Assembly: GCA_048128005.1 (NCBI GenBank)
Contig: JBEUKZ010000058.1
Coordinates: 124,001 to 188,000 of the forward strand
DNA from: Veleropilina oligotropha
Taxonomy: Eukaryota
Reading direction: 5' to 3'
Length of the DNA: 64,000 nucleotides
Shown here: piece after piece, positions 51,961 to 63,448 of the stretch
Position numbering within the stretch: position 1 is the stretch's first letter
How the letters are laid out: every line of letters begins with the position of its first letter
Notes under the pieces: generated by a model
Databases searched by the model: none
What the model saw: only the letters and a program-made list of their open reading frames with translations
What the model was told of the DNA's origin: nothing
Made by a program: the position numbers and the translations under genes

Positions 51961-53540
51961 CATTGACAGCGCGTCGACCGCTAGGGTCCGGGGAGACATA
52001 CAGAGGTAGTCGGTGATTGAATTCTGTTGCAAACAGATCGACTTGGGGTTGTGACCACCGGCGACAAACGTCCCGAGCTACTCGGCTGTGTAGCGTCCAC
52101 TCTGTGTGTATAATCTGTGATTTCCGAGAGAGCGAGTCCGCTCTGACATTCAGCTTTCCCGGGATGTGTCGCGCTCGTATCGTCGAGTTGAGGGACATCA
52201 CTAGGCGGTGTAGGTCGATTGCTCGGTCGCAAAGGGGACGCGAGCAAGTGCCGCCCTGGTGCTGAATGTAAGCGACGACAGTCGTGTTGTCCGTGGCGAG
52301 CATTATGTGCTTGTTGCGGAGATGTGACGAGAGGGACCGTACTGTCAGGTAGACCGCTTCTAACTCTAGGAAGTTGATGTGTCGTCCCTGAAGGTCCGTC
52401 GGCCATAGGCCCGATGTCTCGTAACTGTCGAGGTAACCACCCCAGCCGTCGTTCGAAGCGTCTGTGAACAGGTAAGCGTTCGGCTCTGGCGGGGATATAG
52501 GAACCGACTGGCTCGGCAAAGCAGGGTTCAACCACACTGCTGTCGTGCGGGTAAACCAACGCCGAAGATCGATACGATCCGTCCACTGCCCCGTCCGTTG
52601 TATCCAGCGATCTCTGAACGCCTGTTGTAACGGTCGTTTGTCCATTCGACCCGTCGGTAGCAGGGTCGCTACCGACTCGATGTGCCCCAGGACAGTGGCC
52701 AGTTGTCGCGCCGTAGTTATCTCCGATGACAGGGTGTCTTGAATAACCGCGCGTAGGTTCCGTATACGTTTCTGGGTCGGTTTCGCGGTGTACCGGACCG
52801 TATCGAAGTCGACTCCGAGAAACGTAAACGTCTTGGAGGGTACGAAGCAGGATTTTGTCTCGTTGATCTGAAATCCCAGTCGCTTCGCCGATGACAGGGT
52901 AAAGCTCGTAGACCGGTGGCACAGACCCCGGGACGCCCCGAGGATCAGCCAGTCGTCGAGGTACATATGTACCCTGTGCCCTAGAGAGTGTAGGAAGGCC
53001 CCGAGGGCCTGTACTGTTCTCGTGAAGACGTACGGGGCTGACGGTAGGCACCTGAATTGGTAGATCGTCTCCCCGTGTATAAACCGAAGGTACTGATGAG
53101 CCGTGATATGCATCGGGACATGCAGATACGCGTCGGTCAGATCGATAGACGCTGCCCAGTCGCCCGGACGGATGGCCGCTCGTATCTTCGAGAGGGTTTC
53201 TTGCTGGAATTTCTCGGTGCGAAGATATCGGTTGAGATACGAGAGATCGGTCGCCAGCGGCCATCGGGTTTCGGGACCAGGAAGAAATGCATGTAAATCC
53301 TGGTGTGCTGGGTGGCGCGGGATATATCGCTCCTTTGAGGAGTAAGTCCCGCACTGCCTGGTCTAAGACCGCTTGTTTCTCGCCTTGCAGAGGGCGAGCA
53401 CGGCTTGGTGGTGGTGCCTCGGTTAGGGTCGGATGCCGGTTGAATGCCAACTTGTATCCGGCACTCACGACTGAGTGGACCCAGCTGCTGTCTGTTAGTT
53501 CTAGCCACGGCTGGCTGTACGCTAACAGACACGCTCCCAC
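51544..53540 (-). pseudogene. DIRS reverse transcriptase / RNase H / adenine methyltransferase-like ORF (frameshifted)
   Basis: FFLVPKPDGRWRPI, YLDDWLI, LFTDASNDGWG, HINFLELEAV, HIPGKLNVRADSLSR, DLFA and YAFPP motifs, split over three frames. Confidence 0.9.
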
Positions 53541-55323
53541 CGGCGGAAGCGGGCAGCTGGGACCGTCGTGTGTGCCAGCAGCCCTAGGGCCGAGGCTTCC
53601 CTCTCCCGCTCTGACGGGATTTTGTTGGCCGGGGGCCTACCACCAGAAGAGGGCCTTGCACGCTTGGAAGGCTTCGGGGTCCGGGTGGGCCCTGAACGCT
53701 TCCTCGAGTCGGCGGGTGGACCCCGGGGGGGGTGCAGCACCGCCTTCTCGATGGCACGGTCCTTCAGGTCCGCCGCTCGCTTGTCGACGAATTCCGAGAA
53801 ATTGTCGCCAAACAGAGTGGTGGCCGAGCAAGGCACGCATCGCAATGAGCGCCGGGTGGCCTCATCTAGCGAGGTGCCTTCCAGGCAAGCGTCCCTACGA
53901 AGTAGGAGAGCGTTACCCAGGACACGTCCCATCTCCAACGCGCTTGTCTCCATAGCGGCGGCAACCTCCTGAAGGAAGGACAGGGCTGCCTCACGGGCGC
54001 CGGGTCCTTCCTCCTGTAATACGGCTATCGCCCCGTCTAGGAAAAAATCCTGAACGGACGACAGCCGCAGAGCCCGTCGGGCGGAGCTCTCGAAAGTTTC
54101 CAAGGCGGACCAAGGAACTTTCGCCACAGAGGGAGTGTGACTGGCGGTCAGTCGACGCATCGCTGCGTCCACACGAGCCGGCTCAGTCGCCAGGCACGGA
54201 CCAGTACATGCGAACGGGATCAAACGCGAACTGGCCCGGAGGTACCTCCCACTACGGAACCCCGAAGGGAACTCCGTCAATGGGGAGGACTCCACCGGAT
54301 TGCGCCCCTGAATGAGCTTGGTTGTCGAGTCGACCACCAGATCAACCAGCCCAGACTGAGGTAAGGAAGGAAGCAAGGGGGCTTCCTTCTCAACAAACCG
54401 ATGTGCCGCCGTCCTGTGCTTGACCGGGCCTACATCGGACCGAGTCGGTTCCGGCAGGTCAAGCACCCCGCGAAGTGACGCAACGGCGTCTAGCCTTCGG
54501 CGGGTGGTGGTCGGCTCCTGCGTGCCTGAAAGACTACCAGCGTCTACGGGCCCGACCGATTCAGGGAGGTCGGAGTGAGTGGAGTCGAGGTCCTCGTTGG
54601 AACGAGGGTCGATCTCCATCACGGCTGCAGGAGCCGTGCTCTGCGCCACGGGCAGAGGTGCAGGGAACTGGAGCGGCTGGGAAGCCGGTTGCCAGGCCTT
54701 ACATCGGGACTCGAACTCCGCCGCGAACATAGCCTGGAAATTCTCGTACGAGAAACCCGGAGGCATGACGGGCGTCGAACTAACAGCCGGTAGTTCGGTC
54801 GAAGTCACCGTGGCGCAAGGTTGACGGGCTGCACGGACAGGTGGAGCCGAGAACCAGGGTCTCGGGTCACCCGTCGAGCGGTCGTACCCGAAGGAATGGC
54901 CCAAAGGCGCATTCAGTGGGACGGGCGACCTGTAGGACTGCGGCCACAGTCCGTACTGGTCTACCACTCTGTTCGAGCGAGGCACGGTCGGGTCACCGTA
55001 ATACCTCTGTCCGAACGCAGCCGGTCTGTCCGCGTTATCTAGCGTAGCCCCTGTGGGTGCACGGGAGATAACGGGCCCTCTGAAACAGTCGTGAGCTCCG
55101 AGGTTGAGCGGAAAAACCCAAGGGTTAGTCGCGTCGGTCTCGGACGAGGTTTCAGGCGTCGCCAATTCACCGGTGGAAATGAGATCGCCCACTGCCTCTC
55201 TGTTAAAACTAAGCACAGTTCACATTTATAAGACTTACTGCAGTTACGGTGAACACGGCATTCCGTGTGCCTATCAAATCCGTGAATCTTCTGGTTACAC
55301 CCGGAGTTGCTGCACCGGACCAT
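53522..55323 (-). pseudogene. DIRS gag-like ORF1 with N-terminal Cys/His finger (one frameshift near 55200)
   Basis: MVRCSNSGC...DRHTECRVHRNC...CELCL continues after a shift into the 564-aa ORF with the LLRRDA...LFG motif. Confidence 0.75.
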
Positions 55324-56291
55324 AACTGAATACACGGGAGGGTGGTAGTGGGTGGAACAGGGTAGTTCAAAAAGTATATGTTTGGTAGTTGTGACTTTAC
55401 TACTACAACCCTTAAGATTGCACCTAATCTGAAGATCGGAGATCAGGCGATATACCGCAAAATAACCCCGAGCTGGGAACACCGAGGCCGGGTAATAAAA
55501 CCCGGCAATAGACTAAAAAGGGTGGCTTTTTCTTAGAAAAAAACGCCCGATAAAACACCTGAAAACCTCGTGGATGTTTTTTAAAGTTAGTACGGTGGCG
55601 TATTATCCCAGTAACGGCAGGATATCAGAATAACTAAAGTTGATATCTAAACAATCCTGCCTTTTAACGACGTTAAGTATTTAAACAATAATTACCAGCA
55701 ATAAACGTCGTTAAGGTATTATCCAATATAATGAGTTACCTTTTGAGAAGTCTCAAATAATATCAGATATATATACCGACCAGAAATTTCCTTTTGCTAA
55801 CGAAACTTCCCCTCTGAGCGGCCCTTGTTTTTATCGGCAACGGCGGCGATGTCGGTTTCACAATCTCACAACTTTCTTCGAAGTCCTAGATAGAAATCTT
55901 CTCTTTCACTGATGCTTTCTATTTCATCCACAGGGTATATTCCAATGCTTATAACTTGTTGTTTACAAGTAGATTTAGCGTCTTAGATTTAACGTATAAA
56001 TCGCCAGACAGACAATATTTGCGGAGCAAAACAAAACACGTTTTTCCGTAATGGCGGAAAACTTTGAATTGAGGCCTTGTGACCTTGAGCTCGGACATCT
56101 CGCGAGACTTGGCGAGATCTCGCCGGGGGAACTTAGAGAGGGGGATCAGGGGAGGTAATCGTAGTGTTTTGACTTAATAGTGCATAAAATGTGACACTTT
56201 TATTCACTGTTTCCGGTTGGCGATAATATGACTATTATGGCAAGTGTAAGGTGTAAGTAAGTTTGTAACTACATACGAGATCTCACTACTA

Positions 56292-57163
56292 CCAGAGCGG
56301 CCTCACTAGATGCATGGTATAATGGTCCAGAGCGGCCTTACTAGATGCATGGTATAATGGTCCAGAGTGGCCTTACTAGATGCATGGTATAATGGTCCAG
56401 AGCGGCCTTACTAGATGCATGTATAATGGTCCAGAGCGGCCTTACTAGATGCATGTATAATGGTCCAGAGCGGCCTTACTAGATGCATGGTATAATGGTC
56501 CAGAGCGGCCTTACTAGATGCATGTATAATGGTCCAGAGCGGCCTTACTAGATGCATGGTATAATGGTCCAGAGCGGCCTTACTAGATGCATGGTATAAT
56601 GGTCCAGAGCGGCCTTACTAGATGCATGGCATAATGGTCCAGAGCGGCCTTACTATATGCATGGTATAATGGTCCAGAGTGGCCTTACTAGATGCATGGT
56701 ATAATGGTCCAGAGCGGCCTTACTAGATGCATGGTATAATGGTCCAGAGTGGCCTTACTAGATGCATGGTATAATGGTCCAGAGTGGCCTTACTAGATGC
56801 ATGGTATAATGGTCCAGAGCGGCCTTGCTAGATGCATGGTATAATGGTCCAGAGCGGCCTTACTAGATGCATGGTATAATGGTCCAGAGCGGCCTTACTA
56901 GATGCATGGTATAATGGTCCAGAGCGGCCTTGCTAGATGCATGGTATAATGGTCCAGAGCGGCCTTACTAGATGCATGGTATAATGGTCCAGAGCGGCCT
57001 TACTAGATGCATGGTATAATGGTCCAGAGTGGCCTTACTAGATGCATGGTATAATGGTCCAGAGCGGCCTTACTAGATGCATGGTATAATGGTCCAGAGC
57101 GGCCTCACTAGATGCATGGTATAATGGTCCAGAGCGGCCTTACTAGATGCATGGTATAATGGT
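56292..57163. repeat. 35-bp minisatellite (~25 copies)
   Basis: ccagagcggccttactagatgcatggtataatggt. A single copy also sits at 49522-49556. Confidence 0.95.
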
Positions 57164-57380
57164 CGGTAATATGTTATAATACATATGATATGATGTTGAC
57201 AACATAGTACAAAGCAAGCAATAGTTATTTTATCCCAGTAGCCTGAGGCAATGACTGTGTTAGTAACATTGCACTCTTCTCGATCCGCAATAAGGCTGAT
57301 TTGACTAGTGGTTTTTCCATTTTTATTTAATATTGCACAAAAATTTGCTGAATGTATGGTCGAGTCGTCATATAGCTCAC

Positions 57381-57453
57381 CTAAGGACAGGAATTTGATG
57401 AGGTAGTCATAGTCAGATGTATTCCCGGTGTGAGTGGGAGTGGAATCGCCCAT
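57381..57453 (-). CDS. RAB27: Rab27 GTPase, coding exon 1
   Basis: MGDSTPTHTGNTSDYDYLIKFLSL(G). Acceptor catttcag at 57462. Donor AG|GTGAGC in phase 1, matching exon 2. Confidence 0.88.
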
Positions 57454-59632
57454 CTCTAGTTCTGAAATGAGCAAGCAAGATGATAATGAATTCCAGGTGT
57501 GAGTGGGGCTGGAGTCGCCCATCTCTAGTTCTGAAATGAGCAAGCAAGATGATAATGAATTCCAGGTGTGACTGGGGCTGGAGTCACCCATCCCCGGTGT
57601 GAGTGGGGCTGGAGTCTCCAATCCCCGGTGTGAGTGGGGCGGAGTCGCCCATTCCAGGTGTGAGTGGGGCTGGAGTCTCCAATCCCCGGTGTGAGTGGGG
57701 CGGAGTCGCCCATCCCAGGTGTGAGTGGGGCTAGGGTCGCCCATCCCAGGTGTGAGTGGGGCTGGGGTCGCCCATCCCAGGTGTGAGTGGGGCGGAGTCG
57801 CCCATCCCAGGTGTGAGTGGGGCGGAGTCGCCATCCCAGGTGTGAGTGGGGCGGAGTCACCCATCCCAGGTGTGAGTGGAGCGGAGTCGCCCATCCCAGG
57901 TGTGAGTGGGGCGGAGTCGCCATTCCCCGGTGTGAGTGGGGCGGAGTCGCCCATCCCCGGTGTGAGTGGGACGGCCGGAGTCGCCCATCCCAGGTGTGAG
58001 TGGGACGGAGTCGCCCATCCCAGGTGTGCGTGGGGCGGAGTCGCCCATCCCCGGTGAGTGGGGCGGAGTCGCCCATCCCCGGTGTGAGTGGGGCGGAGTC
58101 GCCCACTCCAGGTGAGTGGGGTGGAGTCGCCCATCCCCGCTGTGAGTGGGGCGGAGTCGTCCATCCCCGGTGTGAGTGGGGCGGAGTCGCCCATCCCAGG
58201 TGTGAGTGGGGCGGAGTCGCCCATCCCAGGTGTGAGTGGGGCGGAGTCGCCCATCCCAGGTGTGAGTGGGGCGGAGTCGCCCATCCCAGGTGTGAGTGGG
58301 GCGGAGTCGCCCATCCCCGGTGTGAGTGGGGCGGAGTCGTCCATCCCCGGTGTGAGTGGGGCGGAGTCGCCCATCCCTGGTGTGAGTGGGGCGGAGTCGC
58401 CCATCCCAGGTGTGAGTGGGGCGGAGTCGCCCATCCCCGGTGTGAGTGGGGCGGAGTCGCCCATCTCAGGTGTGAGTGGGGCGGAGTCGCCCATCCCCAG
58501 TGTGAGTGGGGCGGAGTCGCCCATCCCAGGTGTGAGTGGGGCGGAGTCGCCCATCCCAGGTGTGAGTGGGGCGGAGTCGCCCATCCCAGGTGTGAGTGGG
58601 GCGGAGTCGCCCATCCCCGGTGTGAGTGGGGCGGAGTCGCCCATCCCCGGTGTGAGTGGGGCGGAGTCGCCCATCCCCGGTGTGAGTGGGCGGAGTCGCC
58701 CATCCCAGGTGTGCGTGGGGCGGAGTCGCCCATCCCAGGTGTGAGTGGGGCGGAGTCGCCCATCCCAGGTGTGAGTGGGGCGGAGTCGCCCATCCCCGGT
58801 GTGAGTGGGGCGGAGTCGCCCATCCCAGGTGTGAGTGGGGCGGAGTCGCCCATCCCCGGTGTGAGTGGGGCGGAGTCGCCCATCCCAGGTGTGAGTGGGG
58901 CGGAGTCGCCCATCCCAGGTGTGAGTGGGGCGGAGTCGCCCATCCCAGGTGTGAGTGGGGCGGAGTCGCCCATCCCAGGTGTGAGTGGGGCGGAGTCGCC
59001 CATCCCAGGTGTGAGTGGGGCGGAGTCGCCCATCCCAGGTGTGAGTGGGGCGGAGTCGCCCATCCCAGGTGTGAGTGGGGCGGAGTCGCCCATCCCAGGT
59101 GTGAGTGGGGCGGAGTCGCCCATCCGCGGTGTGAGTGGGGCTGGAGTCGCCCATCCCAGGTGTGAGTGGGGCAGAGTCGCCCATCCCAGGTGTGAGTGGG
59201 GCGGAGTCGCCCATCCCAGGTGTGAGTGTGGCGGAGTCGCCCATCCCAGGTGTGAGTGGGGCAGAGTCGCCCATCCCAGGTGTGAGTGGGGCGGAGTCGC
59301 CCATCCCAGGTGTGAGTGGGGCGGAGTCGCCCATCCCCGGTGTGAGTGGGGCTGGAGTCGCCCATCCCCGGTGTGAGTGGGGCAGAGTCGCCCATCCCAG
59401 GTGTGAGTGGGGCGGAGTCGCCCATCCCAGGTGTGAGTGGGGCGGAGTCGCCCATCCCAGGTGTGAGTGGGGCGGAGTCGCCCATCCCAGGTGTGAGTGG
59501 GGCGGAGTCGCCCATCCCCGGTGTGAGTGGGGCGGAGTCGCCCATCCCAGGTGTGAGTGGGGCGGAGTCGCCCATCCCAGGTGTGAGTGGGGCTGGAGTC
59601 GCCCATCTCTAGTTCTGAAATGAACAAGCAAA
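57425..59632. repeat. 30-bp GC-rich minisatellite (~68 copies) derived from the Rab27 start-codon region
   Basis: Minus-strand unit ATGGGCGACTCCGCCCCACTCACACCTGGG versus the CDS start ATGGGCGATTCCACTCCCACTCACACCGGG. Confidence 0.93.
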
Positions 59633-59806
59633 AAATGGAAAGGAAATGATCCATCCTTATAATGCCCTGTATATCTCCAATCATAGTTTGATTCAAAGAA
59701 GGACATGTTCGTATTATCGCGGGAGGAAAGCTTGGCCACCTGGGGGAACTTGCCATCTCCGACTAGTTACGTACAACTGAGATTCATAACTGAACAAATA
59801 ATGTCA

Positions 59807-59869
59807 TATATATATATATAATCTATATATATATATATAAATATATAAATATATATAAATATATAACTT

Positions 59870-59900
<31 letters not shown>
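59807..59900. repeat. (TA)n microsatellite
   Basis: Directly visible. Confidence 0.95.
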
Positions 59901-59934
59901 TTCAAGCGAAATTATCTGATTCGTTGTCTGCACC

Positions 59935-60234
59935 CAGGGTTCATACACTTGGGATTTGACAAAATTCAAGGACTTTCCAGGACAGTATTTGTTGAAAGTT
60001 GAGGTTCCAGGACATTTGTGAGTCTAAGACAATCATTGATCGCATATAAATATATTGTATTGTCATAATATTTTATATAAAGTACAGAACCGGTAACACA
60101 AAAACTAAAACTAAACAAACTCAATTTTCCAGGACATAATCAGCACATTCCAGGCTTTTCAAGGACATTCCATTACAACAATAAAAATCCAGGACTTTAA
60201 AATTCCAGGTTTTCCAGGATGCATACGAACCCTG
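59935..60234. mobile_element. hAT-like MITE with 6-bp TSD
   Basis: CAGGGTTC...GAACCCTG flanked by TGCACC. Repeated ttccagga motifs. Confidence 0.7.
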
Positions 60235-60958
60235 TGCACCTTAAACAAATTTCGAACTCCAGCCCTTATATATACATGTGGCGCATATGATAAAGGATAC
60301 CATATCCATATAGACCATTGGTCGTAAAAGCATCACAGCGAGGTAAATTTGTCTGTATGTGAATGCTCTAGTTCAACCGACAAAAATGTCTGTTCATTAC
60401 AATGCAGACGAACGTTCAAGATATAATAATTCAAAATCCCGACATTTGGATAAACATCAAATATACAAAATGAACAAATGAGTAATGACACAAAAATTAT
60501 AATGCGCATGACGTCATACTATAATCATGTTTATCTCGCATGACGTCGTACTATAATCATGTTTATCTCGCATGACGTCATACTATAAATAATCATGTTT
60601 ATCTTACCGTTTTATGCTTCAACTCTCTGGAACTACATGTACTACTGTAATATTATATATTACGATTGTCTATGAGTATCCGTTTAGCTCAGTACTGTTA
60701 CTAATGGCTGCCATCCACTCACTGACCCACATAAACTACCTGCATCCTGTCTGAATGAACACCATCTGATTAGCCTCCAGGTAATCGGGAATACAGGTGT
60801 GTTCTGAACATCCTACACATCACCACCTGTCAACAATGGACCCACATCGTGCTGACGATGCCGACGCTCATATAGGTAACAGCGAGAATATCAGAGGAAG
60901 TCAAAAGTTACAACAGAACAATGATGAGTGGTCAAAATTTGAATGATGTTACACAACT

Positions 60959-61387
60959 CAGGCGCGGATCCAGGAATTTCGCTTAGGGGGGGCGCTGAAT
61001 TTACTATCAACTGTTCGCGTGGGGCGGGGCCCCACGCGAAAGAAAATTTTGGGAATCAACAGCCTGAAACCCCCTCTCCTGCACTCTGACAGGGCAAAAG
61101 CGATATTTCATTCTAACTTTTTATGAACCACCGTCACTCAAATAGCACGAGTCAAATTTTTTTTTATTTTGTCATAATCGAATTGTCCCGTGGGGTCGGC
61201 ACCCCACGCGCAAGAAAATTTTGACAATTAACGATGTAAAATCCCCCCTCCTGCATCATTACATTGCAACAGCCTAATTATAATGTTCTGAAAGTCATTT
61301 GTATCAGATTATACATATTATTTTAGTATGCTTGGCCAACTTTAGGGGGGGCGCGCACCGGGTGCGCCCCCCCTGGATCCGCGCCTG
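60959..61387. mobile_element. MITE with 5-bp TSD
   Basis: CAGGCGCGGATCCAGG...CCTGGATCCGCGCCTG flanked by CAACT. Internal hairpins. Confidence 0.75.
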
Positions 61388-61575
61388 CAACTTGAACTAT
61401 GACAGTATGAAAGCCAATAACGTTTAGTTCAGACTCAGAGCATAGGAAATGTTGAAGTGAGGAAATGTTGAAGTGTGCAAATTGAGCTCAGCAATAATCA
61501 CATTATAGTTTTCCGTAATAACAGAAAACCTTGACCAAATCGAAATGCAAAATTAATCATAAAGAACTAATAGTC

Positions 61576-62172
61576 ACCAGTACTATAAGCACCTCGATCG
61601 GTATTACATGGCATTCATTATACCTGGCGGAGTACTATAAGCACGGCTCGATCGGTTTTACATGGCATTCATTACCAGTACTATAAGCACGGCTCGATCG
61701 GTATTACATGGCATTCATTACCAGTACTATACGCACCTCGATCGGTATTATACATGGCATTCATTACCAGTACTATAAGCACGGCTCGATCGGTATAACA
61801 TGGCATTCATTACCAGTACTATAAGCACCTCAATCGGTATTACATGGCATTCATTACCAGTACTATAAGCACCTCGATCGGTATTACATGGCATTCATTA
61901 CCAGTACTTTAAGCACCTCGATCGGTATTACATGGCATTCATTACCAGTACTAGAAGCACCTCGATCGGTATTACATGACATTCATTACCAGTACTATAA
62001 GCAGCTCGATCGGTATTACATGGCATTCATTACCAGTACTATAAGCACCTCGATCGGTATTACATGGCATTCATTACCAGTACTATAAGCACCTCGATCG
62101 GTATTACATGGCATTCATTACCAGTATTACATGTATTATAAGCACCTCGATCAGTATTACATGGCATTCATT
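61576..62172. repeat. 44-bp minisatellite (~13 copies)
   Basis: accagtactataagcacctcgatcggtattacatggcattcatt. Confidence 0.95.
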
Positions 62173-63448
62173 TAACTGCCCAGAATTCAGACCATGCAAA
62201 TATTAACAAGAACGACGCGTTCGAAATATGTCTTGACATTTCTTTGTTTCCGTCAAATTTTCAGAACAGTTATAACGTTACAATGGCGAAGTGTATGTAC
62301 AGTAGTTTACCACCCCATCGAATGTGACGTCATTCAATGACGATTAATCTAAAGCGTCATCGTAATGACGTCAATTGCTATTTACTTGATATTTGACATA
62401 CGTTATATAGCATATATGCATGAAAGTACCCAATAAATGCATATTTTTGCAATAATGTGTCGCGAAAGTTATATACACGACCTACAAATACTCTTGGGAA
62501 TGTGTGTACCAATTTTGGTGAAAATTGAGCTGGTAGTTTTCAAATAAATCGACGGATATATATATAAGTATATATGTATATACACACGGACCATTTGATA
62601 ATGTCATAAAAATCTTATATCACATGAAAAGCAATATAGATATAAAATGCAAATTAGTCCACAATAAAAATGACAATGTATAACGGTATTCAATACAACT
62701 AGCTCCCATGGACCACCATTATAATCAACTTTAAACCTCCTAATTACTCATAAATTGTTCTACATGTAATATGTTGCATTTGACAGCCATAAAAGATTGT
62801 CAGTCATTCAGTTCATTGTTCTATAATTAGAAATTTTATTTTTATTTCTATTAAATTGTTGTCAGGACAAAAATATACTATTATTATTGCATACTAATAC
62901 AAGTCTATTGCTTTAAAAAAAGTTAACATGCTATATGACACCATTTTCCGATGAATTTATTAGTGTAATCCACATCCACGATTTAAGATGATTTTCAGGT
63001 TTGTGGACAAATTAAGAAGTGCAATATATTGAATGATAACCTCAAACGAGAAAATCTATCGATTTACAGATAATATTAACTCTTAAACATATAACGGCCC
63101 TGACGATACATGTTTCTCTTGTATTAATTGAATTGTGGTGTAAACTACAGAGATTTTGAACAAGATGTTATAAACATCCGATGAATGTTAATGCTAGCAG
63201 TTAATAGCAACAGAAAATTGTTAAACGAAGAAGCTGCTTTATAATGAAGATGAAATTACATTATTATGCGGCCGACACAGTTTCATTGTGGTGTCCTGAA
63301 AATGATTTTAATCTGTTGGCAAAATAGCAGGAATAGATTAGAAATTATTGATCCACCAACCGGCAAATCATAACTCTGAATAAACTCATGTCATAGCAAT
63401 CAAAAATTGTCCTCGGCTATGCAATATTCTGGAAGTAATAACTAAAAG

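Larger units (their letters stand above)
49562..56275 (-). mobile_element. DIRS1-like tyrosine-recombinase retrotransposon, full length but mutated
   Basis: ~190-bp ITRs (49610-49798 and 56061-56251). Internal complementary region 49861-49950 matches both outer ends. gag, RT/RNaseH/MTase and YR frames are present. Confidence 0.93.

Noticed and set aside
51750..52045. DNA adenine methyltransferase as a horizontally acquired bacterial gene
   Set aside because: The DLFA/YAFPP domain after RNase H is a known part of DIRS1-like elements.
23806..57453. Functional cluster of two trafficking genes (TMED and Rab27)
   Set aside because: Adjacency alone is not evidence, and synteny cannot be tested from one window.
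57073..59756. 888-aa and 743-aa ORFs as standalone genes
   Set aside because: Products of a stop-free 30-bp array. Only the last 73 nt before the donor at 57380 are clearly Rab27 coding.
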